Positions 47,908 through 57,676 of a stretch of 64,000 nt of DNA are shown here, piece after piece. Under the pieces are notes generated by a model, which was not told where the DNA came from, did no database searches, and saw only the letters and a list, made by a program, of their open reading frames with translations. How positions within the stretch are numbered: position 1 is the stretch's first letter; every line of letters begins with the position of its first letter. The position numbers were made by a program, and so were the translations under genes. The stretch is taken from the NCBI GenBank assembly GCA_003222085.1, contig QHUK01000017.1:65928-129927 (forward strand). The letters run 5' to 3'. The stretch comes from Gemmatimonadota bacterium (lineage in GTDB: Bacteria; Gemmatimonadota; Gemmatimonadetes; Gemmatimonadales; GWC2-71-9).

Positions 47908-49182
47908 CTATTCCGCCTTCAGCACGACCGAGTCCGTGAGATAGGGATCGTTGAAATGCGCGATCTCACCCGCCGCCTTGTCCGGAACCGGAAACAACCG
48001 CGCGGAGAGGGGCTTGCGAAGCTTGGTGGAGAGGGCCGCCACATCGGCGATCAGGGCCGCCAAGCGGTCCGCCCGGCTGTCGCCCGGCAGCGGCACGACG
48101 TCGAGCCCCGTGCCGCAGACGCTGGAATACAGGAGCAGATCGCGCACGCTGAACCGCCCTTCCGACGCGCGTCGCGCCAGCACCGGATCTTCCAGGACCG
48201 GGAGCATGAGCCCCGAGTACCCGCACGTCTTGACCCGCAGGCTCTTGAGCACGTCCGTGATGGCCGCGCACCCGGCGAGCGTCGAAGGCGCGCCAAACGG
48301 CACGCCGGTGAGCGCCTCGATGGTCGCCCCGATGCTCGCATCCTTCCCCGGCGCTGGGGAGACGTCGATGCCGGTGTAGCCCCGCCGTTCGCGGCGGGCG
48401 ATATCCCGCACCAGCCGCTCGAGCGGCCCGAGCCGGGACTCGAGCAACTCCGTGAGATGTTGTTTGGCCTCCCCCAGGGTGTTGGCTTCGGCGAGACCAG
48501 CGGACAAGAGCGGTGGCGATTCGAGACCGATGGCCATGGCGTCGGAGCCACTGTGGTACGCGACGGGAAAGAACGGCGTTCCGGCGGGCACGTTGGCGGC
48601 CGCGGCGAACCGGAAATTCCCGATGCCTCCCGGAGTGGCGCGCGCGATCGCCACCATCGCGTCGCCGGCGGCGGTCACCCCGCGCGGCGACGTGCCGCGC
48701 TCGGGCGACGCGACCCGCACCGTGAAACTGACGTTCTTTGTCGTGTGGGCGAGCTCGGCCGCCCACGCGGCAAAATCGGGGTCATCACCATCAGGGGCGA
48801 GAACCGGACCGACGCTCAGCAACACGCTCTCGGCGACGACGGCGCGGTCGAGCGCCTGAAGGGCGATCAAGGCACTCGCGCGCTCGCGACCTCCGGCGTC
48901 CTCGAGTACGGGCTGGGTCGCGATGCGGACGGTCTGCACTTCGTAGCCGGCGTCGGTGACGGCCTGCTTCGCCCGCTTGAGCGTGCCCAGTGCGGCGTCG
49001 AGGGCTCGGGTGTCCGCGAGGCTCTTCAGGTTCGTGCCGGCCGTGATCGTTCGAACCCGAAAGCCGGCCGCAGCGCCGCGCGACCCGACGGCCGTCACCT
49101 GTGGGACGCGGCGCGGCACGAGAGGCGTCCAGGCTGCGGCTGCCAGCATCGCGAGCACGTCCCGCCGCGTCCAATCATTCAC
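47908..49182 (-). CDS. DUF711 (UPF0210) family protein with Tat-like N-terminal signal
   Basis: GTG at 49182 forms a GTGA overlap with the panB stop. The N-terminus VNDWTRRDVLAMLAAAAWTPLVP resembles a twin-arginine signal (T-R-R-x-V-L). The body carries the DUF711 hallmarks FRFAAAANVPAGTPFFPVAYH, GIDVSPAP and YSSVCGTGLDVVPLPGD. Confidence 0.7.
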   Translation of the reverse strand: MNDWTRRDVLAMLAAAAWTPLVPRRVPQVTAVGSRGAAAGFRVRTITAGTNLKSLADTRALDAALGTLKRAKQAVTDAGYEVQTVRIATQPVLEDAGGRERASALIALQALDRAVVAESVLLSVGPVLAPDGDDPDFAAWAAELAHTTKNVSFTVRVASPERGTSPRGVTAAGDAMVAIARATPGGIGNFRFAAAANVPAGTPFFPVAYHSGSDAMAIGLESPPLLSAGLAEANTLGEAKQHLTELLESRLGPLERLVRDIARRERRGYTGIDVSPAPGKDASIGATIEALTGVPFGAPSTLAGCAAITDVLKSLRVKTCGYSGLMLPVLEDPVLARRASEGRFSVRDLLLYSSVCGTGLDVVPLPGDSRADRLAALIADVAALSTKLRKPLSARLFPVPDKAAGEIAHFNDPYLTDSVVLKAE

Positions 49183-49994
49183 TTCGGGAACGAATGCTCC
49201 GGGCCGGGATACCGGCCCTCGCGTACCTCGGCCGCATACAGCTTGACGGCCTCGCGCACGTCCTCCGCAAGCGCCGCGTAGCGCTTCACGAATTTGGCGC
49301 TGAACCGGTCGTTCAACCCCAGCATGTCGGGGAGCACCAGCACCTGGCCGTCGCAGGCGGGCCCCGCCCCGATGCCGATGGTGGGGATCGTGAGCGACTT
49401 CGTGATCTGGGACGCGAGGGGCGCGGGGATGAGTTCCAGCACGATGGCGCAGGCACCCGCCGCCTCGAGTCCCTTGGCATCCGCCTTCAGCCGCTCGGCG
49501 GTCTGCTCGTCGCGTCCCTGCACCCGGTATCCGCCCAAGGCGTGCACCGACTGAGGGGTAAGGCCCAGGTGGCCCATCACGGGGATGCCGACGTCCACCA
49601 GCGCGCGCACGGTCTCTGCGATCGGCGCCCCGCCCTCCAGCTTCACCGCGTGGCAGGCGGTCTCCTGCATGACGCGCCCGCAGTTCCGGATTGCCTCCCG
49701 GGGAGATACCTGATAGGTGAGGAAGGGCATGTCGCACACCACCATCGCGCGGACGGCGCCGCGCCGTACGATCTTCGTGTGGTAGATCATCTGCTCGAGC
49801 GTGGCGGAGAGCGTGGTCTCCGCCCCGGCGAGCACCTGATTCACCGAGTCTCCGACGAGCAGGACGTCCACCCCGGCCGCGTCGAGCAGGCGCGCGAACA
49901 GGGCGTCGTAGCAGGTGAGCGCGACGATGCGCTCGCCGCGCTGCTTCATGGTGACGAGCTCGTAGGTCGTGACCGCCTTCGTCTCGTCAGCCAT
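49179..49994 (-). CDS. panB: 3-methyl-2-oxobutanoate hydroxymethyltransferase
   Basis: 271 aa. Contains LTCYDALFARLLD, VGDSVNQV, VVCDMPFLTYQ, AVKLEGG and PVMGHLGLTPQS. Confidence 0.92.
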   Translation of the reverse strand: MADETKAVTTYELVTMKQRGERIVALTCYDALFARLLDAAGVDVLLVGDSVNQVLAGAETTLSATLEQMIYHTKIVRRGAVRAMVVCDMPFLTYQVSPREAIRNCGRVMQETACHAVKLEGGAPIAETVRALVDVGIPVMGHLGLTPQSVHALGGYRVQGRDEQTAERLKADAKGLEAAGACAIVLELIPAPLASQITKSLTIPTIGIGAGPACDGQVLVLPDMLGLNDRFSAKFVKRYAALAEDVREAVKLYAAEVREGRYPGPEHSFPK

Positions 49995-50415
49995 CGGGGG
50001 TCAGCTCCGCCAGCTCGCGCTGCCAAAAGGGGCGGTTGGGAACCTCGGGGTGCGGAATAACGAGCTGCGGGTCGCGCAGCACCCGATCGCCGAAGCGCAC
50101 GATATCCAGGTCCAGGGTCCGCGGTCCCCAGCGCACGCCGGACCGGCGCTCGCGCCCGCGCTCCGACTCGATCGCGTGCAGGTGGACGAGCAGCTCGGCG
50201 GGCTCGAGCGTGGTCTCGAGCAGCACCATCTGGTTGAGATACGACCCCTGCGGCACCGGTCCGAGGGGGGCGGTCTCCTCGACGCGCGACTCCTTGAGCA
50301 GGCGCGTGCGCGGCAGGGCCGCGAGCCGCGCCCGTGCGTATGCGAGATGCGCGGCGCGATCTCCGACGTTCGAGCCCAGCGCCACGTACACGCGCTCCGC
50401 CTCCCCCTTGGCCAC
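49987..50415 (-). CDS. folK: 2-amino-4-hydroxy-6-hydroxymethyldihydropteridine diphosphokinase
   Basis: 142 aa with GTG at 50415. Contains VYVALGSNVGDR, GPRTLDLDIV, LVIPHP and RPFW. Confidence 0.85.
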   Translation of the reverse strand: MAKGEAERVYVALGSNVGDRAAHLAYARARLAALPRTRLLKESRVEETAPLGPVPQGSYLNQMVLLETTLEPAELLVHLHAIESERGRERRSGVRWGPRTLDLDIVRFGDRVLRDPQLVIPHPEVPNRPFWQRELAELTPDG

Positions 50416-50433
50416 GCGGGAATGGTAAGCGGG

Positions 50434-52515
50434 CTACGCGATGCTGGCAAAGCCGCGGGTCAGCTCCCGCAGCATCGCCGCCACGTCCTCGAGCTCTCGG
50501 GTCGCGCGCTCGAGGTCGGTGAGCCCCCGGGCCGCTTCTTCGGCGCGCGTCGCGACGTCGTCGGCTTCGGCCCGGTTTTTCCCCGCGATTTCGGCCACGG
50601 CGTGGATGCGCTGGCGCAGCTTGCCGAAGGCCTTGTCCTGATCACCCGCCGCGGCGGCGATGCGTTGGGCGTGGGATGTCGCCTCGGCCGTCGCCGCGAC
50701 GATCGCGTCCAAGGCCTCGAGCGCCGCGGAAGAGAGCTCCTCCACGCCGCCCACGTTCACTTGCCCGCGCCGCATCTGCTCGACCACCTCGCCCACCTGC
50801 CGATGGATGTCCTGCACCAGCTCGCCCGCTTCGAGGGCGGCGGTCGAGCTCTGCTCCGCCAGCCGGCGCACCTCTTCGGCCACCACCGCGAACCCCTTGC
50901 CGTGCTTGCCCGCCCGCGCGGCCTCGATGGCGGCGTTCAAGGCCAGCAGGTTGGTCATGTCGGCGAGCTCGCGGATCGACGCGATGAACCCGGTGATGCG
51001 CCGGCTCACCTGCCCGAGCCCTTGGACCTTGCTCGAGGCCTCTCCCACGAAGGCCTTGAGCGCCACGAGTCGGCCGATCGCATCCCGGATCTGATGGCGA
51101 TTCTTGTTGGCGACCTCGCTCGCGGTGCTGGACGCCTGCGCCGCCTCGGTGCCGTCCTCCGACACGCGCCGCGACACGCGCGCCAGGCTCTCGGTGGCCT
51201 CGAGGCCCCCCGACACTTCGCTTTCTTCCGCCAGCACGCCCTGGCGGATCGTACCCGTGGACTGGGCCACGGCGCCGGCGGCCTGGCGCATCGACTCGGC
51301 CGCGCGCGCCAGCGTCGCGAGCTGCTGCGTGAGCGTCTCCACGGTTTCGACCAGCGGCCGGCGCAGCTCGGTGATGTGGATCGCGGTGGCGAGCTGGTTC
51401 GCGAACGTGTTGATCGTGATCACGTCCTTCCCTCGGTACACCTTGCGCTTGTGGTGCTCGAGCTCGAGGGTCCCGATCACTTGATCGCCGAACTTGAGCG
51501 GCACCATGACGAGGCTCTGCACGACGAGCGGCGCGTCGGCGATGCGCTTGTCACGGGTCACGTCGTCGATGACGACGGCCGCGCCCGTCTGAGCGACGTG
51601 CTCGCGGACCGCGGCGGTGTCGGGGGTGGGCTCGCCGCGCTCCGCGCGCCCGATTTGCCCGCGATAGGCGAGGCGCAGCGCGCCCTCCTGACGCCGGTAG
51701 ATGCGAAAGTCACCCCAGTCCACCAGGCGATGCGCCAGCCGCTCGATCCGGGCGAAGGAGTCCTCGAGGCTGATGTTGCTCGTGATCACGGCTTCCATCG
51801 CGTGGATCTTGTTCAGCTCCTCGGCGGCGATCGCCTCCTCGAGGGTGTGCTTGAAGAGCAGCCCCAGGGCGCCGAGCGCGGCCGCCACGAACACCCAGGC
51901 GAGCGGCGGCCAGTAGCTCACCGTGCCCACGACGATCCCCGTGGCGATCACCGTCGCGCCGTAGCCGATGCACTCGTACCGCAGGATGAGGAGGCGCTCG
52001 TCCTGCTCGAGCTTGCCGCGGATTACCAAGGCGAAGTAGAAGAGCAGCCGGCTGATGACGAAATAGGCGAGGCAGAAGAAGAACAGCGCCGGGATGAGCT
52101 CCACGTGCAGTCCCGGCGCCGTCACGCTCGACAGCCGCAGGGCGCCGGCGTAGACGCCGTAGCTCCCGAGCAGCGCGATCACCTCGCGCCCCACGTTCAC
52201 GAGCGCCGCGAGGAACATCTTCTTTTGCCACAACCAGTCCGCGCCGAGCACGCCGCCCGCCAGCGCGAGCGCGGTCGCCGGCGGGCCCACCACGAGACTC
52301 CCCGCCAGGGCCACCAATCCGGTCTGGGTCAGATAGGAATACTTGCTCAACGGCACCTGCCCGGCGCGCAGCAGCAGCGCGGCGACCAGGAGCCCCAGCA
52401 GCTCGAGCGGCTGCCCGGTCCAGCGCGGATCCAGGATGAGGGCCGCGCCCAGCACGACCAGCCCGCCGATGGCGAGCGCCCGACTGTAGATCGTGACCAG
52501 GCGGTTCGCGGTCAC
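50434..52515 (-). CDS. Methyl-accepting chemotaxis-type transducer with polytopic N-terminal membrane domain and GAF domain
   Basis: 693 aa. About 7 hydrophobic segments at the N-terminus and a GAF-like region (...[20 protein letters not shown]...). The MCP signalling hairpin is [40 protein letters not shown]. The GTG start overlaps the trpA stop as GTGA. Confidence 0.85.
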   Translation of the reverse strand: MTANRLVTIYSRALAIGGLVVLGAALILDPRWTGQPLELLGLLVAALLLRAGQVPLSKYSYLTQTGLVALAGSLVVGPPATALALAGGVLGADWLWQKKMFLAALVNVGREVIALLGSYGVYAGALRLSSVTAPGLHVELIPALFFFCLAYFVISRLLFYFALVIRGKLEQDERLLILRYECIGYGATVIATGIVVGTVSYWPPLAWVFVAAALGALGLLFKHTLEEAIAAEELNKIHAMEAVITSNISLEDSFARIERLAHRLVDWGDFRIYRRQEGALRLAYRGQIGRAERGEPTPDTAAVREHVAQTGAAVVIDDVTRDKRIADAPLVVQSLVMVPLKFGDQVIGTLELEHHKRKVYRGKDVITINTFANQLATAIHITELRRPLVETVETLTQQLATLARAAESMRQAAGAVAQSTGTIRQGVLAEESEVSGGLEATESLARVSRRVSEDGTEAAQASSTASEVANKNRHQIRDAIGRLVALKAFVGEASSKVQGLGQVSRRITGFIASIRELADMTNLLALNAAIEAARAGKHGKGFAVVAEEVRRLAEQSSTAALEAGELVQDIHRQVGEVVEQMRRGQVNVGGVEELSSAALEALDAIVAATAEATSHAQRIAAAAGDQDKAFGKLRQRIHAVAEIAGKNRAEADDVATRAEEAARGLTDLERATRELEDVAAMLRELTRGFASIA

Positions 52516-53312
52516 TGGGTTTCCTCCCGGAGGGCGGCGGCGAGCTGGCGGACCAGACGCTCAGCGGCGTCGACCCCGCCCGCGGCCAACGCGTCCACGA
52601 TCGCACTGCCGACCACCACGCCGTCCGCGAGCCGCGCCGTCGCGCGCGCCTGCGCGGGCGTGCTGATCCCGAACCCCACCGCGAGCGGGAGCGCGCTCGC
52701 CGCCCGCACGCGTGCGACATGCTCGGCGAGGTCCGCAGGCACCTGATCGCGTACGCCGGTGACGCCGAGGCGGGAGATGAGGTACAGGAAGCCGCTCGCG
52801 CCCCGCACGGCGCGCGTCAGGCGATCGGGCGTCGTGGTGGGGGCGATCAGGCGGATCAGCGCGAGCGGGCTCGCCTGCACCATCGCCTCGAGGGCGGGAT
52901 CGGCGCCGGCGGGAAAGTCGGTGAGCAGCAGCCCCGACACGCCGGCGGCGGCCGCCTCGCGCACGAAGCGCTCGAGCCCGAAGGCCATGAGCGGGTTCAA
53001 GTAGGTCATGACCACCACGGGAATCTCGACCGCAGCGCGGCGGATTTGATCGAGCACGCGCGGCACCGTCATGCCCTGGTCCAGGGCGGCCTGGGTCGAG
53101 CGCTGGATGGTGGGCCCGTCGGCCAGGGGATCGGAGAACGGGACCCCCACTTCCACGAAGTCCGCACCCGCCGCGGCAACGCGCCGCAGGGCTTGGAGCG
53201 ACAGCTCGGGGGTCGGAAACCCCGCGGTCAGGTACGGTATGAGTGCGGCGCGCTGCGCTCCTGCATTGCCCCGAATGGCCCGCCAGCGCGCGGCGATCGG
53301 GTGATCAGACAA
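52512..53312 (-). CDS. trpA: Tryptophan synthase alpha subunit
   Basis: 266 aa with TTG at 53312. Contains [31 protein letters not shown] and GFGISTP. It overlaps the HD-GYP gene stop by 8 nt. Confidence 0.9.
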   Translation of the reverse strand: MSDHPIAARWRAIRGNAGAQRAALIPYLTAGFPTPELSLQALRRVAAAGADFVEVGVPFSDPLADGPTIQRSTQAALDQGMTVPRVLDQIRRAAVEIPVVVMTYLNPLMAFGLERFVREAAAAGVSGLLLTDFPAGADPALEAMVQASPLALIRLIAPTTTPDRLTRAVRGASGFLYLISRLGVTGVRDQVPADLAEHVARVRAASALPLAVGFGISTPAQARATARLADGVVVGSAIVDALAAGGVDAAERLVRQLAAALREETQ

Positions 53313-54777
53313 AGTAGTCGCTGACGTTGATCCCGTACTTGATGGGGTCGGTGACTTTCACGATCGAGCGGGGATGATTGCCGGCGGCATCGCGCTGCGC
53401 GAGATCGGCGAGGAATCCGGGGTGCTGCACCCCGCCCTCGGGCGTGGTCACGATGCGGACCACCGGTCGATGCACGTGGGTGACGTCCGGATTGGCACTG
53501 TGCACGAGCGCTACCTCGTACGTGTCGAGGATGACGCACGTCCCCACGGGATAGATGCCGATCAGGTTGATGAACGCCTTCACGACGACGGAATCGTAGC
53601 CGCGGCGCGGGTTCTCCCACATTTCCTTGAGCACCTGATCCGGCTGGATCGGCACGGTCTGGTACACGCGCCGGCTGGTGGCGGCGTCGAACCCGTCGGC
53701 CACGGCGACGATCTTCGAATAGATGGACAGCTCGCGCGGCCGCAGCGACTTGGGATAGCCGGTGAGGTCCGTCTTCATGTGGTGCTCGTACGCGACGATC
53801 ATGCCCCGATAGGGGATCTCGCCGTAGCCGCGCAGCCCGAACAGTGTGAGCACGCCGAGCCAGGGGTGTGCCTGCATGATGCGCCACTCTTCGTCGGTCA
53901 ACCCGCCCTGCTTGTTCAGCACCTCGAGCGGCACGCGCGATTTGCCCACGTCGTGGAACAGGGCGGCCATGCCGAGGTCGTAGAGTTGCAGCTTGGTGAG
54001 GCCGAGCTTGCGGCCCAGGGCGACCGAGAAGATGCAGACGTTGACGGAATGGGTGAACGTGTACTCGTCGTAGTCCCGCAGCGTGGTGAGGCCCATCAGC
54101 GAGGCTTCGTTGTTCAGCACTTGATCCACGATCGCCTGCACGGCCCGCTTCACCTTCTTTACATTGGCCGTCCGGCCCATGCGGATCGAGTTGATGACCT
54201 CCTTCGTCACGGCCACGGAGCGCGCGTACGTGCGCTTCGCCGCCTCCTTCTGCCGCTCCTCGTCCTCGACGTCTTCGTCGGTCTCGAGGGGGGGCTCGAC
54301 GCCGATGTGGGTCACGCCGGCGTCCGACAGCTTCTGCGCGAGCTCGAAGACTTTCGTCGCGGTCACGTCTTTCGCCGCGTACGACAGCAACAGCGAGACG
54401 AAGATCTGCAGCTGCTTGCGCTCCACGCCCTCGTCGATCCGGACCGCGCCGATGCCGCTTTGCCGCAGCACGCCGAGGATGTGCGAGAACGACGCGTAGT
54501 TGTCGAGATCGAGCCGGAGGCGCGTGGAGTTGATGAAGATGAACTCGCCCTGCAGCCGCAGCTCGATCTCCTTCTCCACGTCCAGCAGGTGCTTGGTCGT
54601 GGCGGTCAGATCGTCCAGGGCCTTCTGCACCTGGGCGTTCTCGATCGGATACAGCTTGAGGGATCGCACCGCCGTGTACAGCACGACCAGAAAGTCCCGC
54701 CCCGCATGGCGCAGGAATCCGTCCGTGGTCTGGACCGTCTCGGCGATGGAGCCTTTGGGGGGACCGCCGGCGGTCAC
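53305..54777 (-). CDS. HD-GYP domain protein (putative cyclic-di-GMP phosphodiesterase) with uncharacterised N-terminal domain
   Basis: 490 aa. HD-GYP core: HSVNVCIFSVALG, AALFHDVGKSRVP, HHMKTDLTGYP and AVADGFDAATSRRVY. The N-terminal ~130 aa resembles the N-terminus of the upstream HEAT protein. Confidence 0.85.
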   Translation of the reverse strand: MTAGGPPKGSIAETVQTTDGFLRHAGRDFLVVLYTAVRSLKLYPIENAQVQKALDDLTATTKHLLDVEKEIELRLQGEFIFINSTRLRLDLDNYASFSHILGVLRQSGIGAVRIDEGVERKQLQIFVSLLLSYAAKDVTATKVFELAQKLSDAGVTHIGVEPPLETDEDVEDEERQKEAAKRTYARSVAVTKEVINSIRMGRTANVKKVKRAVQAIVDQVLNNEASLMGLTTLRDYDEYTFTHSVNVCIFSVALGRKLGLTKLQLYDLGMAALFHDVGKSRVPLEVLNKQGGLTDEEWRIMQAHPWLGVLTLFGLRGYGEIPYRGMIVAYEHHMKTDLTGYPKSLRPRELSIYSKIVAVADGFDAATSRRVYQTVPIQPDQVLKEMWENPRRGYDSVVVKAFINLIGIYPVGTCVILDTYEVALVHSANPDVTHVHRPVVRIVTTPEGGVQHPGFLADLAQRDAAGNHPRSIVKVTDPIKYGINVSDYFV

Positions 54778-56420
54778 GTCCCGACCTCGCGCAGCGCCCG
54801 GGTGACGGCGTTGCGCACCAGCGGATCCTTATCCTGGGCCGCGCGCTCGAGCACCCCGCGCGCCTCCGGCGTGCGGACCTTGCCCAGCGCCATCGCGGCG
54901 CAGGCGCGGGTCTCGGGATCCTCCTTCCGTCCGAGCAGTCCCTTGGCGGCGAGCATCTTCTCCAGCGCCGCGATTCCCTTGGGTCCCACGAGGGCCCCGA
55001 ACGCCTCGAAGAACGCCATCTTTTCGGTCAGATCGGCGTGGCGGAGCTTGGAGCCCGTGACCATCGATTCGATGCGCGTCGCCGCGTTGCGGTAGCCGCG
55101 CGAACCGAGAAACCGCACGGCCGCGATGCGCACGTCGCGGTCGCCATCGTCGATCGCGCGCTCCAGCAACCGCATGGCCGAGGGGCTCGAGATGGCCGTG
55201 AGCGCCTCCACGACGGCGAGCTTGAGCCCGCGGTCCTCGGACGCGAGCAGGCGCTCCATGCCTTCCGGTGCCCCCGGGAGCTTCAGGCGCCCCGCGAGCT
55301 TCACCATCTCGAGCTGGGCGGCGCCGTCCTCGCTGGCGAGGGCCTTGAGCACCTCCCCCGCGTTGGCCTGGGCCAGCCGGGCGGCCGCGGCCTGCACCAG
55401 GTCCCGCACGCGCTCGTCGTGAAGCTTGGCGACCCACACCATGAGCGTCGAGAGCGCCTCGGGGCGGAGCTCCTGGAACAGCTCGGACAGCTCGTCTTCG
55501 GTGGGATGGAGAGCCGCTTCATCGAGGGACTGCATGAGCTGCGACAGCGCGTCGTGCTGGGACAGGCGGGCCGGCAGGCCTTCGAGCGTCGTGCGGTGCT
55601 CGGGGATCAGCTCCCGTGCCCGCTGCAGGATGGCGCGCGTCTCTCGCAGGATGACCGCCACCGAGCGGAAATCGGCGGCGCCCAGCAGGTAGGGGATGAA
55701 GTTTTCGACGATGGAGATGAGCTCGGCCCGGACGGTGCCGTAGGTCTGCAGTTCGAGCAGATCGAACAGCATCGAGAGGACGTTGCGGCGCAGGTCCTGC
55801 GAGTACTCCCGCTCGACGTCCTTCTTGAGGTACTCGACCTCGCCTTCTTCGAGAAAGTACAGCGTGGTGTCGAAGTCGTCGATCGAGACCAGGCCCTCAC
55901 GTTTGGGCGGCGCCTCTTGCTCCACTGCGTGGCGCATGTCGGTCGGCGGGGCGGACGTGATGGTCTCGCCTTTTTCGATCGGGACCGCGTTCTCGCTGGC
56001 GAGCTCGCGGAACGTGTAGCTGACGAACTGAAAGTCCTGCGCCCAGAGCAGCGTCAGGAGGTCGTCGGCCGCGTCGGCCTGGAGGTTGCGCGCCCGCTGC
56101 AACACGCCCAGGAAGCTCACGATCTCGGCCTCCTCGACGCCCGGCTTGAACGCGAGCGAGCGGACGCCGTCCTTGTAGAGCGTCCAGGCGATGCTCTCGG
56201 TGCGCTGCTCCTGGTTGTAGACGACGTTGTCTTCCCAGCGCAGCTCGGTCTCGCCGACATCGAACACCAGATCGTCGGTCGCCTGCCAGATCTGGCGAAA
56301 CGACGCCCGGATGTTGTCGACCGCGCGCTGATACACCGGATTGTTCGGCAGGTAGAGCTGGGTTGCCCGGATGCCCTTCGACAGGACCTGCAGCAGCTCT
56401 TCGACCTGCTGCGGCGGCAA
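54774..56420 (-). CDS. HEAT-repeat protein with N-terminal domain shared with the adjacent HD-GYP protein
   Basis: The C-terminal half has HEAT-like repeats (DRDVRIAAVRFLGSRG, DPETRACAAMALGKVRTPEA, DKDPLVRNAVTRAL). The start is uncertain. TTG at 56420 avoids overlap with trpB. The track ORF start at 56564 would overlap trpB by 118 nt with an Arg/Gly-rich extension. Confidence 0.7.
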   Translation of the reverse strand: MPPQQVEELLQVLSKGIRATQLYLPNNPVYQRAVDNIRASFRQIWQATDDLVFDVGETELRWEDNVVYNQEQRTESIAWTLYKDGVRSLAFKPGVEEAEIVSFLGVLQRARNLQADAADDLLTLLWAQDFQFVSYTFRELASENAVPIEKGETITSAPPTDMRHAVEQEAPPKREGLVSIDDFDTTLYFLEEGEVEYLKKDVEREYSQDLRRNVLSMLFDLLELQTYGTVRAELISIVENFIPYLLGAADFRSVAVILRETRAILQRARELIPEHRTTLEGLPARLSQHDALSQLMQSLDEAALHPTEDELSELFQELRPEALSTLMVWVAKLHDERVRDLVQAAAARLAQANAGEVLKALASEDGAAQLEMVKLAGRLKLPGAPEGMERLLASEDRGLKLAVVEALTAISSPSAMRLLERAIDDGDRDVRIAAVRFLGSRGYRNAATRIESMVTGSKLRHADLTEKMAFFEAFGALVGPKGIAALEKMLAAKGLLGRKEDPETRACAAMALGKVRTPEARGVLERAAQDKDPLVRNAVTRALREVGT

Positions 56421-56446
56421 CGCCAGCTCGGGTGCGGGCGCGTTGG

Positions 56447-57649
56447 TCAGGTTGCGGCTCCCGTGAGTTCGGCGACCATGGCGACGTCCTTGTCGCCCCG
56501 GCCGCTGAGGTTCACCAAGACGATGTCCTCCGCACGCCACTCCCCACGGTGCGCCAGCACCCACGCGATGGCGTGGGCGCTCTCCACGGCCGGCAGGATC
56601 CCCTCGAGGCGCGACAGGGACGCGAACGCCGCGAGCGCCTGCTGGTCGGTCACCGCATCATACAATACCCGCCCGCTGTCTTTCAGGTAAGCGTGTTCGG
56701 GCCCGACCCCGGGGTAGTCGAGGCCGGCCGACACGCTGTGCGCGGGCTGGACCTGGCCGTCGGCGTTCTGGAGCAGGTAGCTCAAGCTGCCGTGAAACAC
56801 CCCCGGCCGCCCGCGGCCCAGCGACGCCGCGTGACGCCCGCTCTCGAGCCCTTCCCCGGCCGCTTCCACGCCGACGAGCGCCACCGTCCGGTCGTCCAGA
56901 AACGCCGAAAAGATGCCCATGGCGTTCGAGCCGCCGCCGACGCACGCCACCACCGTGCTCGGCAGCTTGCCCCAGCGCGCCAGCGTCTGCGCCCGCGCTT
57001 CGCGGCCGATGACCGACTGGAAATCACGCACGATGCGCGGGAACGGATCGGGACCCACCACCGAGCCGATGATGTAATGCGTGGTCGTGACGTTCGTGAC
57101 CCAGTCGCGCAGCGCCTCATTGGTGGCGTCTTTCAGCGTGCGCGTGCCCGACGTCACCGGCACCACGCGCGCCCCCATCAGCTCCATGCGGTACACGTTC
57201 AAGCGCTGGCGCTGCATGTCCGCTTCGCCCATGTAGACGACGCACTCGAGCCCGAAGCGCGCGCACACCGTGGCCGTGGCCACCCCGTGCTGCCCCGCCC
57301 CCGTTTCCGCGATGATGCGGTGCTTCCCCATGCGACGGGCCAGCAGGGCCTGCCCGAGCGTGTTGTTGATCTTGTGCGCCCCCGTGTGGTTCAGGTCTTC
57401 GCGCTTGAGGGCGACCACGACTCCTGCTCCCACTTGGGCTCCGAGGCGCGGCGCCTCGGTCAGCGGCGTGGGCCGGCCGACGTAGTCCTTGAGCAACGCC
57501 TCGAGCTCCGCCCAGAAGGTCGGATCGCGCTTCGCCGCCTCATGCACGCGGTCGAGCTCCTCGAGCGCCGCCATGAGGGTCTCGGGGACGTAGCGGCCGC
57601 CGTACGGTCCAAAGCGACCTGCCGTGTGCGCGCCGGCTTCAGATGCCAT
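56447..57649 (-). CDS. trpB: Tryptophan synthase beta subunit
   Basis: ATG at 57649 is preceded by GGAGG. Contains [14 protein letters not shown], the PLP Lys motif [11 protein letters not shown], and GGGSNAMG. Confidence 0.95.
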   Translation of the reverse strand: MASEAGAHTAGRFGPYGGRYVPETLMAALEELDRVHEAAKRDPTFWAELEALLKDYVGRPTPLTEAPRLGAQVGAGVVVALKREDLNHTGAHKINNTLGQALLARRMGKHRIIAETGAGQHGVATATVCARFGLECVVYMGEADMQRQRLNVYRMELMGARVVPVTSGTRTLKDATNEALRDWVTNVTTTHYIIGSVVGPDPFPRIVRDFQSVIGREARAQTLARWGKLPSTVVACVGGGSNAMGIFSAFLDDRTVALVGVEAAGEGLESGRHAASLGRGRPGVFHGSLSYLLQNADGQVQPAHSVSAGLDYPGVGPEHAYLKDSGRVLYDAVTDQQALAAFASLSRLEGILPAVESAHAIAWVLAHRGEWRAEDIVLVNLSGRGDKDVAMVAELTGAAT

Positions 57650-57676
57650 GCGAACCTCCGATCCGCGAGCCAACCA

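Noticed and set aside
49969-52746. 925-aa plus-strand ORF opposite folK, the MCP and trpA
   Set aside because: It is antisense to three recognisable genes and has no motifs. Same GC-shadow reasoning as above.
56421-56564. The longer start (56564) for the HEAT-repeat gene
   Set aside because: It would overlap trpB by 118 nt and add an Arg/Gly/His-rich segment. TTG at 56420 is preferred, although CTG at 56450 or other starts cannot be excluded.
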